The notes beneath the pieces are model-generated. The model was not told the DNA's origin. It searched no databases and saw only the letters and a program-made list of their open reading frames with translations. Shown one piece after another: positions 51,133 through 64,000 of a stretch of 64,000 nt of DNA. Location of the stretch: NCBI GenBank assembly GCA_048013815.1, contig CM106585.1, forward strand, positions 1,922,001-1,986,000, read 5' to 3'. The position numbers and the translations under genes were made by a program. This DNA is from Setoptus koraiensis (taxonomy: Eukaryota; Animalia; Arthropoda). How positions within the stretch are numbered: position 1 is the first letter of the stretch; every line of letters starts with the position of its first letter.

Positions 51133-54100
51133 CAGTGGCCAGATTGGGAGGCCAGCGGCCACATCCTGTCCGCTCGTTTATTGTCCATTTACTATTATCC
51201 ATTATCGTTTTGCCGTGTGATCGTGGTCGTGGTCAAATTACCGCCAGCCAGTGGCGTGCATCGGCCAGTGGCGTGTATCGGCGAGCGGCGTGCATCAGGT
51301 GCAACGGCGAGCTGGTGGGCAAATGAGGAGAAGCGACCGAGAAATAAAGATTAAATTTGGATTAGTCAGTTCACCTTTGGCGTTGCGTTCGTGTGTGTGT
51401 TTGCGATCATTATCATTCAAATTAGATAGTGTGTGATTAATGCTTGCCACTTGATGCTGGCCCGTTTTCGCGAATCGCTGCCAACGATGGGCTGATGGGT
51501 CGCTCATCACTGGACACTGTATTCGCTCATTGGTTTGCTCGCCGTTTAGTTGGCGGGGGCTATCATGACGCAACAGCAACATCGCTAATTTCAATTAGAA
51601 TGGCCGCTGCTTGCATACAATATTGTTTGTTGTGTGTTGCGCAACTGTTGATGAAGGGACAGTTGAACTGTTGCTGTTGCCGTTGCCGCTGTCGTTGTTG
51701 GCGTCGGTGTTGCTGCTGTTGCAAGCGTACGAGCACAACAGTGTAGGCTAGTGGCAACCGTCAAACAACAAACAACCAAGTGGCTCAAATCATCATATGA
51801 CGCAACAGGTAAACTTGACAACAATTGTTTGTTGTAGTCACTAGTCTACTTGCTTGTCTCTTGTTAGTGCTCACATTTGTTGCCTCACAAAGTCGGCTAC
51901 GGCTCATTGTGCTCTGGTTGTTGCTGAGGGCACAGCAGTGTTAATTTTGTGCCCCACTCACCTGTGCTGTCTCTCACACTGTTGCATGAGTCTGCTATGA
52001 GTATGAGACTCATAGGTCCCGAGTCAATGGTGTCTCGATGGGCAGACAGCGGCTGATGAATCTAATTGATGATGTTACGCCATAATGGCATGCTTGGCTC
52101 GGTTGTCTGGTGGGCCAAATCTCTCTCTCTCACTGGCTTGTTGCGCCAGTTTGTTGCGTCATAGTGGTCAGATGGGTCAGTGGAGGTGGCAGCAAGCAAA
52201 CAGTGTTCACGACGACGATGACGACAACAAACAGAAGCTCGCTAGTTTAACACTGTGTGACGAGATGAGCAGAGATTGATGAGTGATGTTGCCCGGTTGC
52301 GAAATGTTCCGAGAGCGAATTGTTGTTTGCTGCTGCTGCTTATTGAAAACGTTGCGCCGTCACATGCAGCTCGCGAGTTGAATGTGACGGCCGTCGTTGT
52401 TGTATTGTTGTAACAACAGCAACAGGTAGTTGCAACAACAAAGAGCGAGAGAGAGAGAGAGAGAAAAATGAATTTGTTTGCATGACAATCAATGGCTTGT
52501 TTGTGCTGGCTGTTAACTAGATAACTTTTAGCTAAGAGCTTTAAGCAGCCAAGCCGTTTCAAGGAAACGCAACTAGAGGGACGACACAACCACTGGCTGG
52601 ACAGCGACACACCGCAACTGCAAATTGGTGCCAGCAACACCAATGGCAACAGGTAATGGACAACGTGATTGTACAATACACAATCATTGTCTGTATTTTA
52701 TTTTATTTCACTTTATTTTTATTTTATTTTACAAGTTTAATACAAATTTGAGCAGCACAAAATCGGCAGAAAAGAAGCGAGCGAGAGAGAGAGAGAGAGA
52801 GAAGAGGCGAGCAAAGGCGAACAAAGTTGGCGAGTCAGCGCAAAAGGAGAGCAGCAACAAACAAGTTGAGTGTACTCTACTTTCTCAAGAGGTAAGCCAC
52901 TTGCTGCTGGCCGCTGTTGTTGCTATTATTATTATTATTATATTATACGCCAGTTGCAACTTGTCAGTCAGTCTATTATTTGCTTTTATAATATTGCCCA
53001 AATAATGATGCCAAAACATTCTTGTTGTTGCTGCTGCTGCAACATCCCATGAATATCTCCGTCCCTCTGTCCGTCCGTCCGTGTATATCGAGTCAAATTG
53101 AATGAGGTGGCCGAGTGAGCCGCTCAAAAGTCACATCACTTCTCATGGCTGCTGCTGCTCGGCGCGCAAGTTACGCAACGACTCGACATGGCATATGTAT
53201 TACAAAATTACGTAACCTTATTACCGCTGCCGGTGGCTATTATTTATTGTTTATTACACAGGTATGTTACTGTGCGCGTATATTCTGTGAGCTGCGCGAC
53301 TCTTTGCGACTATTGCGTCATCATTATTGCTATCACTATTATCATTATTATCATTATTGTTGTTGTATTGCCAGCACACCGACACTGACAGCACACCGAC
53401 ACTGACAGCACTCTGACACCGCACGACAGGTGCACAGAGTCCGTTATTGTGCCGCTGTGCCATCTCTGTGGCAGCTCCACTGTCAGGCTTGCGTAAGCAG
53501 TGCGGCCGCAAAGAACAAAACTTTTGTTACAAAAGTGCGCTCGCTCACCAGACCGTGAACAGGCCACGCAACAGCGACTCTGTGCAGCGGTCAGTTAGCT
53601 GCCCTGCTCACACCAACTGACCACAGCACATTATAGGTCTGGCTGGCCATAAGTCACACTTGATCGCTCGCTGTTGTGACACCTACGAACAGCGTGTCGT
53701 GCCCATGCGTGAGAAGTGTATAGGTACAGCCGCAATTGCATGGATATCCACAAGTATACACAAGTATATGGATAGCCGCAAGTATACACACAAGTATATG
53801 GATAGTTGCGAGTATACACAAGTATGGATTCACGCACGGCAACAATATATCCGTATAGAATGGGGCATAAATGTTGTTGGTGGCGGCATTACACGCCATG
53901 TAATGTGCGTGCGATGATACATCGTGCACAGTGTATACATGTTGTGCACATTGTAAGTGTGTGCCAGACTCGTGAGGTGGTCATGCTGAGCGGGGACAAA
54001 TCACGACAAATGCGGCGACAACAACAACAGCAACAACAACAACATATTGTACTCACACAGTCGGAACAATACCAACGCCGGCCAGCGATGGCGTGTAATT

Positions 54101-57100
54101 AATCATCATCACGAGATCGAGACAACAATTGCATTGCAGTCAATGCGGCCCGCGAAATCACGAGCACAATGTAATGAGTTGTTTGTGTCTTGTGGGTCGC
54201 GGGGGCTCGCTCCATTGATGCCACCGTAAGCGCGCCGTACGGGCGACCGTGCGGGCGTTCGAGCGGGCGACCGTAGCGCTGGCCGGCCGGCCGGCCGGAC
54301 AAACGGACGGACGGGCCGGCATCCACGATCATGATAAATCGTTGTATAATGAGCCTTAACAGCGTCGTCGGGCGCACAACAATATTGATACCTGTGTTTA
54401 TATGAGTGCCATTGTGTGCGCGTTTGCGATACCCAATCGCACAATTTGTGTGATATACAATTTGTGTATATTGTGCCGGTTGTATTGGCACAGACCGACA
54501 CGAACCGCTCCATCACTCTCGAGCATCTTGCAAATATTGATAAACAATCATGCCGCTTGCCGTGGCCGAACCGGCCCAAAAGTGACTCCTCTCGGCGCTT
54601 TGTTTGGTCGCTCTCGGGGTCGCTCTATTAATAGTCTGTTAATGTTACTGTTAGTGGCTCGTTGTGTCGCGCAGCAACAACAGCAACAACAACAACAACA
54701 GCAACAACAACAACAACAACAATGCGAACAACATGAGAAACAATTAGCCGTGCGCTACCTGTGTGCCAAATGGCCGAGTGGCCAGAGTCACTGTTGCTTG
54801 ACCACTGGCCGCTCAAGTGGCCGCTCGAGTGCGCACAACAACGCGCCGCTGCATTGTTGGCACGGCTGGCGCGCTGGTCAGCGTGCGATTGTCGTCAACT
54901 GGTCACTTGCGCTGGCCAAAGTTGTGCCGTGCCGACCGCTGGCCTCTATGCTGCTACGATGAGGCTGGCATGAGATGATTGATGCCAGCCTCATCATCGA
55001 CTGCATCCATCATCACCTCGGTCGTGTTGCTCTATTGGGCAGCGCGTCATTGCCCGTGAGACTCGAGCGGTCGGCCGGTCGCTCAATCGACTTTCGGCCG
55101 TATTCACGAGTCGTCTCTCGAGTCGCCGCCGCCGGACGATGGACGACGCGACACACCGGCCGTGGACCGGCTCGTGAGAGAAACAATCTTCGCAATCAAT
55201 GTGTGTTTGTCTCTGTTTGTTTGTCCGTCTCTCTAAATACGTCTTTACCTGTGCGCAGTTATCCGCACCGGGTCGCTATGTGTTTGTCGCTGCGGCTCAC
55301 CTTGCGTTCATGTGCACACAGTGTGCCCATAATGCGCAAACAAGGCGCATCTATGTGCATGTTGAACAAGTTGAACAAACAACACTCAAGGGCCGAGACT
55401 CGAGTTAATTGTTGTTATGTTCGGGCTGTCAATTGGTCGCTCGCAAGTCAGTCACAACTATCATCGGGTGACACCGTTGGCCATTGCAGCAACTCTGCTC
55501 ATCATGAGAGTGTTGATTTTGTGCCCGTTGCACAAAATCACACTGTTCCAACAAAACAGTGCCAACACCGGGCGACTTGACTCGCACACGTGCCCCATTT
55601 GAATGCGCACGACGTGCAAGTGACCAGTGGTCATGGTGGCGCACAGAACAGGTCCAACTCGGTGCCGGTTCGCGAGCACACGCTAAATGCGCGGCCGCCT
55701 TTGTGGGCGCGCATTTCACGCCAGCCGACTCGTGAGGCTCACCGCTGGCCGAACGCTGGCCGAACGCTGGCCGAACACTGGCCAGTGGTCAGCGTCGTTT
55801 AGCCAGCGCGGCGGCCAGACCAATTGGCACACAATTGGCAATTTGCTCGCTCGCTCGCAAGTCAGTTGTTGTGCGTTATCGTGGCTGCTATTCTCATCGC
55901 TTTCATTGTTTGCTGGTTGTTGCTGTTGTTGTTGCTGCTGTTGTCGCTGCTGTTGTTGTTGTTGCTGTTGTTGCTGCTGCCATTGTGGTCGAAGCTTGCT
56001 CTAGGTGCCGTGTTGTGCCGGCCCACCAGCGGCGCGAGAACGTGACACCTAGCGACCAGTTGTTTGTCACTTCCTTTGTTTGCTGCTCGACCCACCAGCG
56101 CTCACCAACAGCAAAGAATCGAGCTGTGCAGCGGCGGCGGCGCGGCTGTGCAAATTGCGGCTGTGCCAAGTGGCCGAGGGCCCAGAGAAGCATCAGGTGG
56201 CATACAGAGAAGAAACGCGCGCTCGCTACGTGGTGCTCGAGTGGTCGAGTGCCCACTGTTGCCGACAGTTGTAAATTTCAACGGCGCAGACGGTGATAAT
56301 TTCGATAATTTCGACTCAATATTCCCCCCAAGCAGCGGCGGCGGCGGCAATAATAATTCAATAGTAAGTGAGTGTTTATTGATGCTTTCACAGTTGGTGC
56401 CACCCGACGCGACGCGCCGCTCCGATCCAATTCAATCTCGGCCGAGCCGCCGACACATGAGCGATTGTTGTTCTGGCACGTCGCACGTTGGCCAATTTGG
56501 CGCACAATTCGGCGCTGGCCGGGCAATTTGCACGTCCATTGAATTGCCGGCCGCACTGGCCGAAGCGCCACGAAGGGCCAAAGTGCGAGAAGTGGCCAAC
56601 GGGCCAGAAGTGGCCAAAGGTGAGGTCAACCTGATAGAGGACCGTGAGCACAACGATAAATCATCTTCCTGTTCGCGGCACACCGGTGCGTTTGCGCGCC
56701 TTGTGCTGGTCACTGTGCGATTGGTCACTGTGCGATTGGTCACTGGCCGGAGAGCGCTGTTACGGTTGCGCTCGCCGCGCAGTGGCTGTGCCGGCGAGCG
56801 CGCAGCAATAGCGCACGACAGCGGCCAGTGGTGAATCGGATAATTATCGACCGGCCCGCTGCATAATCTGGCCTGTTTGTGTCCAGCGCACATCCACCGT
56901 GCTCTGTCCACTGCGCTCTGTCCACTGTGCTCTGTCCACTATAGTTTGGCCATGTCCACTGTGCTCTGGCCAGCAGACTGGACAGTGCAGCGGACTGGAC
57001 AGTGCAGCGGACTGGACAGCGGCGGCACCAGTGGCGAGAGCGCTCGCTGCGCATCTAATTGCGTAATGAGTTTGTGCAACATTATTAGTGCACTTGTTGC

Positions 57101-57756
57101 TGTTGCTACACTTACCTGTTAACTGCAACACACTTGAATTATGCTGATACAGGCGGCGGCGGCGGCAATAATCACGGTGGCACCGAACACTGAATAATAA
57201 TGACGATGATTGAAGTCAATGAGTGGATGGCATAATTCACGCTTCTCTCGCCACTGCCAGCGCTCTAATGTCAGCAGTGTAGACCCGGCGAGATTAGAGT
57301 ATGCGCCGGCGCTTCGTTTTATCTGCGCTGGCTACTTAATTCGACACAGGTAGCTGCTGCACTGGCGCTACGCGGCCGGTGGAGTGGTCAGCGGCCAGCT
57401 AATTCACAGTTTGACCAGTAGGCAGCGAACACTTGTAATCTGGTAATTTGAATGAACAGCGTCATCACTTCATGTTGTTGCAGCGCATCTCCAAAAAGGA
57501 TTCGTTAGGCTGCTGAAAACGTTGGCATTTTTGGCCAACCAACGCGCCAGCGTCCAGCCACTCGCTCAACGGGCAATCGATTGGACGGCTGCACTGTGAT
57601 ACTAGGCCATTGCTGTGTTTGCCCATCGCAGTGGCGAGGCCGGCACACACACCAATTTGGCGGCTCAAAAAGAAGCCAACCAACAACAACAAGCCATAGA
57701 TAGTGACCAAGTGCAACAATAAATAGTAAGCGTATGCTAATAATAGTGGACAGTGC

Positions 57757-59115
57757 ATTGGTCGGTGATACCTATTATTCATTGACTTTGACGCCGACGC
57801 CAGCGCCAATGGCCACTCTGGTGCCGCTGTCGGTGCTGTACCAATGGCCGGCCCAATTAATGAGTCCACTCTTTAGTGCCGCCCCACTCACCTGGCGTAA
57901 CGGTCGCCGGGCTGTTGTTGTTTGGCTCGTCTCGTTTGGGCACGTCAGCACGACAATGAGAACGAGCCCGAAACCAGTGGAAACGGGACGAAAAGTAACA
58001 AACAAAGTGCTCAAAGTCGCCTCCGTCCGACGCGGTCGATCGCTGTTGTTGGCGTCGGTATTGGCGCTGTTGTTGCCGTCGGTATTGGCGCTGTTGTTGC
58101 CGTCGGTATTGGCGCTGTTGCTGCTGTTGATGGTTGTGATATGGTGCCGGTCCATAGCCGGTATGGGCATCGCCGTCAAACAAACACACTGCACAGAATT
58201 GTTTATAACGGATTGACGACAGGTGGACTAACCCTAAATTATCGTCATTGATGCACATTACAAAATTCAACACACTATTGTTTATTGCAATTGGCCAGTG
58301 TAGGCATAGTGTGTGCCTGTTTGGCCGCTTCGGCCACGCTGTGCCGATTTATTTTGGCACTGGTCATAGACAAAGTGAGCGGGCTCTGACTTTGGCACTG
58401 GCCAATAGTTTAGACTTTGCGCTGTTGCAAATTGTCCTATCCAACAAGTGGCCGGCCGATGAATGAGCCAGCACGAGCGAGCAAACAATTCAATTTAATC
58501 TGACTGCCAACTGCAGTGCGCACTGCCCACTGTCCACTGCCCACTGTCTCACCTGTGCAATTCCAGCCTGGAACTTCCAGGCGAGTGAGACACTCTCAAG
58601 AATGTCACGTCCGCATTCTCGCACCAACTTGGCACCGTCCCATCGAGCACGCCAGCACGTGCAGTTGTGCGTCGGTGGTTGCCCGATAGTCGCTGCTGTG
58701 CCCGCCGGTCGCTGCTGTGCCCACTGGCTGGTGCTCGTCGCCAACAGCCGACAGCCGACGGTGTTGTCGTGATCGGTCATAGGCCCCACGGCCATGCCCA
58801 ACAGGTCATGATCTTGTTCGCATATCTGCATTCGCGCATCTGTGATTGAGTGCCCAATTGAACACTCAATTGAACGCTCATTCGAACGCTCGCAATTGTC
58901 GATTGGATATATATCAATATATCACACACAACCACGTGACAGACATACCTGTGCACAGGTAGCCTCTTGGACCGTGTTGTGGAGGAGAGCTGCTCATGAG
59001 AATGGCGCTCAGATAATGTTGTGATTGATGGCTGAGTGGCCCGTGGCTCAGCGATTGAGGCCCTGCCAACCTCAATCGCTGGGCTCTCGTTGTTGCCGAG
59101 CAAGCGAGGCACAGC
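57757..59115. repeat. Composite duplicated block: revcomp(A) + C' + E'
   Basis: Three segments homologous to 40.1-40.6, 47.5-48.1 and 50.8-51.1 kb lie almost abutting, with gaps of about 20 and about 120 bp. Confidence 0.88.
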
Positions 59116-60123
59116 AAGTTGATTTTGTGCAAGCGCACATACAATAATAACGCAATAACGACAGAAATCTTATCAGTCTCGTGGCCATCGTTTACCTGGC
59201 TTGCCTATCTCACAATATCTCATCTAATATCAGTCATATCAGAGTCATATTAGACAATATGCAATCGATGCGAGACTTGAAGAATTTCTTTGTTTCTCTT
59301 GTGTTATTTACAGGTTGTTAGTTGTCGATAATCGGTTGCCGGTACAATGTTGCTGGCCAGTTGTTTGCTTGCCGCTGTGTGTCGATAATTGTTAAGCTGG
59401 CGTGATGTGTGTGTGTGTGTGTGTACGTGATACACAATTTATAATTGTAAAACAACAACAATACCTGTTATTGCTATTAGATGAAGCAGGTGAATATCGA
59501 TTGTGCCAGTGGATACAGCCTTACAGTGGCAGCCCCACAGTGGCAGCAACTAATTCAAGTCGCGTGTATAGCTCGCTGCGTGTGATCTATATATCTGATA
59601 TGCGTTTCCAATGGCCATTGGATCGCATTGGCCGGATCGCGTTGGCCGGATCGCGTTGGCCGGATCGCATTGGCAACACACACACACTCCGCACAATGTC
59701 AGTGCCAATGATATCAACAGGTATCCATTGCCGGGTTTGCATGACGTTGTTGATGCCGAATGTTGGAGTGGCCGTCACAACAACAGCAACAACAACAACA
59801 ACGGCAGCAACAACAACACTATTAGTAGCACTGGGCAGAATGGAATCATTTAGTGGTGCAAGCTACCTATTGTGTTAATTAGAAAAGTGTGTGTATGTGT
59901 CTCGTGAACTCAAACAAATTACTCCAACAACAATAATCTTGCCAATTCTCTCGCCCTATGACGTACGATGCCTTTCGTTGCGCTGCTGACCAGAGTCTCA
60001 TGGCGCGACTCGCAAGCGTCAGGTAGCGCTGCTCGTTACAGTTGCACAGTTCACCTGTGCGCACACAACATGTATTATATCACATATATGATATGCGGAC
60101 TCACCTGTGTCCAGCTCACGGTA

Positions 60124-60160
<37 letters not shown>

Positions 60161-63100
60161 AATAGTTGGCTGGCTGTGATGAATAAGCTAATGGCCGGTT
60201 GGCAGCAGCAGCAGCAGCAAGTTTGCTCTAATCACACACGCACACACCGAGAGTCTCGAGAGTGATCATATCATCTCGTCGGCGGGTAGCGTATCGTCAT
60301 CATCGTGATATCATCTCATAGTGGCTTGCGATTCGCTCACAGGCGATCGATCATCAAAAAATGATACCATGATATCAGTGGCGCTACTGTTTACCTGTCG
60401 CTGCCTACCAATTCAATGCCACCGCGGCCAATTCAATGCGGCCGAAGCGGCCCAAGTGGCCGAAGTATCCGAAGCGGCTCAATGCGGCCCAATGCGGCTC
60501 AATGCGGCTCGATGCGGCCATCACAATGCCGGCCGGCCGGCATGCTCGTCGTGTCGTCGTACAAAAACAATATAGAGCGGCCACTCGGTGCAACAGTGGC
60601 TATTTAGCCGGCTGAATACTGGTGAATATGAACTTGCTGCCGTTCATATTCAACCGCCGTGTTGGACCGTGTTCGACCGTATTCGACACTGCTCAACACT
60701 GTTCGGCGGCAGCCCAAGCCAGCGCCAACTGTTGCAAATGGAGATCTGAGCAAATGAACGACGAGGATAATTAACTTTTCCTGCTACTAAGTGCTCGCAA
60801 ACCCCGCGCTCTGTTATCTGCCATGCCCATCATGATCTATGATGATATAAATGCGATTCCTCGAGGTTTTCGGAGCTCCGTTCCACGGTTGCTGTTGCGG
60901 CCGATGCTGCTGCTGTTGTTGCGCCACAACAGCCACAACAGCAGCGGCAGCAGAGTCGAATCGAATCGCAACAGAAATCGAATCGAGAAGCGCCAACCGA
61001 TAGAACCGATAGAACCGATAGAAGCCATAGAAGCGATAGAAGCGAATAGAAGCGACGCAACGAATTGTATCACAACTTGTTGCGCTGCAACTTATGATGA
61101 TGAGCGAGCGCAACACAACACAACCGAGCGAAACCAGACGTAACGAAACAAAACGAAATGAGAAAAGAAACAAAACGAAATCAATCGATCATGAATCTAT
61201 CTATTCATCTTTCCGCTACCCTGGGCAGACCCCGGCGAGCGGGTACCTCGACGACGACGACGCAACATCTATATCGGCCGGCGCGGCGCGGATCGGCTGC
61301 CGGAGGGAGCGCGCGCGCCCATATCGATTGTCGCGCCCACATAATGGCGCACCAAGTTGCCGCAACATGCCATTCGGTTGGCCGGCACACTGGACGTGAG
61401 CGCATCTCAGGCGAGCTCAGGTGAGCTCAGGTGAGGTTCAATATCATCATGTCATGCCGTGTCATGTCAGTATATGGATCACTCTCGATGACGCGCCCTC
61501 ACTGGTGCGCCGCTCTGCCCATATACTCAGCCACTGCTCACCTGAGATGCCGATAGGCCGCGACAGGCTGCGAGACACGGCCAGATAATCAATACTCTCC
61601 GATGCAACAAGTCGCTGCGACTCGATCGCCCATCAATCGGCATCGAGGGGCGACAGGCGACAGGCAAGTGCAACAGGTGAATAATGGAGCCGGTGTGTGC
61701 ATGTGCAAATTGATTAGTCGCTCACGTCAATCGTCATCGTTAAACGCTCGCTCGCTCGGTCGCCGCCGCCGCTCCGTCCATCGGTCAGCTCGCATGAGAA
61801 CAATCAGAGTTGGGGTCTAACATGACGATCATAACATGATGAGACGAGACGGGATGAGACAAAACAATAACAATAACAATATTATTATTGCTATTTTTTC
61901 TCCTTGTTGCCATTATATTACCACACATATATTATTATGTATACTGTGTATTACATATTGTATATTACATGTTATATATGTATGTGTATGTTGTATGTGT
62001 TTTGTTGTTTGTGTGTCCGCAACACTGCAAAGTGTTGCCGTTGCTCATCGCCGGTCATCACATTAACTGCAACCAGAACCATATTGTGTTATTGCTTGCC
62101 AACACATACCAACGCACAATTTGTTGAACGGCTTGCCATGGACATTGTATCACACAATTTGTATGGCATGGACTCCATGCCATGGAGGCGCCTCAGCGTC
62201 CAACCGACTCTGTCCAACCGACTCTGTCCAACCGACTCTTTCCGACCGACTCTCGCCACCTGACCGACAGAGGGCCGGCGTGCGATAGAACGAAGCGACG
62301 GCCGGTTGCATCATTGTAGTGGTTTTAAGCGCGCATCAATTATCAATTATCAATACACACACACACCACGGCAAGTTGGTTGCGCCAAGTCGAGTTTGAA
62401 AGAGTGTGCCGTTCAAGACAAAAGGCTGGCTGGCACCATTGTGTACTGGCCGGTGAGCTCACGAGAAAGAAAAAGAATAAATGATAAGCATAAAGAGAGG
62501 GGATAAAGAAAGAGATGCTCTCAGAGCGAGTCGTCTTAGCGGCCGCTGGTCGTGGCCGTTTATGAAAGGAAACTATTGGCAAGAGGCAAATTTATACTCG
62601 TTATGTAAGCTTGCTTGCGTTGCGGCGCTGGCTTGTCGCTGCCAGTTGTGGCTTCGATTTGCGATTTTCGGTTCTCGCGTCTCGAGTCTCGATTCTCGGC
62701 TCTTGATTCTCGGCTCTCGATTCTCAAAGCTTGATTCTCGATTCTTGATTCTCAGAGCCACTATGGCCAGTGCGAAACAAGCCAGCAATAATGCATGTTT
62801 TATGCATCCCAAACGCTCGATGAGAGCCAACATAAAAGCAGCAGCATAAAGTAGCTGCTGCTGCTGCTCTAATCATTTTGCTAATTCGTTGCAACTTAGC
62901 GCCATTACGTAACAACAAGCAAGCCAAAATTGCTCCCTATCTGCATCGCATTGCTGCCGCTGGCCAACGCAACCGGCTACCTGTTGCATGCGTTACCTGT
63001 TGCCTGTTACCTGTGTCCGGCGATGCTGGCGCTTGTGGCGAATGGCTGCGTTGCGCTGTTTTGTTGTGAGAACTTTAATAACAATCATCGCATACAATTT

Positions 63101-64000
63101 GATCCTTTGTTCCACTTTATTCTTTACTGTTGTTGCTGTTGTTTCTGGTGGCGTTGATGGCGCTCGCACAATTGATCTTATCGATAAGTTATCGCGCACC
63201 CAACAACAACAACAACAGCAACGTCCACAACAGCAGCAGCAGCAGCAACAACAACAACGACAACAACAACAACAGCAACAACCGCAAGCCGTGTATTGGG
63301 TATGTTACGGGCACAACATGCGCAATATAAATGTATATGTAAAGTTTAAACATTGCCGTTCAATTGTGCCAGCAATCAACAAGACAATATGCGCACCACT
63401 GACACCAGGGCACCCCGGCTGGCAATTGTTAGTGGCAACACAACAATACTCTCAATCTATGTGTGCCGAATGCCTATTAGCGAGTCACCTTAATTGAGCA
63501 AACAATCGCAGCCACCAATTACCTGTCGCTGTCTATAAACGGCGCCAAGAGCTCGCCAGAGCGAAACAACTTGCAGTTCGCATACTTACGCAAGTGGCTA
63601 GACTAGATTTACTAGACCTATATGGATTTATGTTTGTGCTGCGGCACTTTAACTCGGCTCACAATTGGCCACAACATTGTCGATTGTGCCAATTGCGCGC
63701 GACGCCATATAAATTGATCATTATCGGTCTGTGCCTGTTCGTTAACCGGTTAACGAGGCTGTGCCGCGGTGTTACATAAGTGTGCCCAGCTCGTCGACAC
63801 TACTCGCACTGTGTGCATTCTACCGTAGAATTTCTACGTGAATCATCATAGCGCGTGGCTCCGTCCGAGAGGCGGCGCTCGTTGCAGTCGCGTTCATAAT
63901 ACACGATCACGCATATTATATTGTTTTGAATGCGCTCTGTCATCTGCAACCACTGCATCTATCGCCAAAGCCACAAGAGGCGCGCGATGCGCACTGCACA

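Noticed and set aside
52750-52896. GA-rich stretch ending in GAG|GTAAGC as a first exon
   Set aside because: A single good donor in 37 kb is expected by chance, and no linked acceptor or ORF was found.
49840-57120. YAG|GTAAGT-like words (49850-, 53260+, 57116-) as recursive splice sites
   Set aside because: The parent ACAGGTR motif is equally common on both strands and no host gene is defined. Kept only as an alternative testable by saw-tooth RNA-seq coverage.

Overview
This is spliced eukaryotic (animal, arthropod-like) genomic DNA, very rich in CAA/CAG-type microsatellites. No prokaryotic genes, CRISPR arrays, rRNA or tRNA were seen. Bases 1-25.6 kb hold the 3' part of one very large Ig-superfamily type I membrane-protein gene (nephrin/Sns/Hibris-like). 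Its seven exons join in frame at GT-AG sites to give about 3,470 codons, with Ig domains inflated by low-complexity insertions. It is followed by a compact block: RPS5 (minus strand, tail-to-tail with the Ig gene) and Tom7 (plus strand, head-to-head with RPS5). Bases 27.3-64 kb are gene-poor, with one plausible orphan coding segment (38.8-39.4 kb), a strong excess of ACAGGTR/E2-box motifs (some in 10-bp phase), a 1.4-kb composite of three segments duplicated from elsewhere in the window, and several long perfect palindromes or hairpins. A mite-like, intron-poor lineage is suspected, but this is inference only. All counts were made by eye and need computational confirmation.
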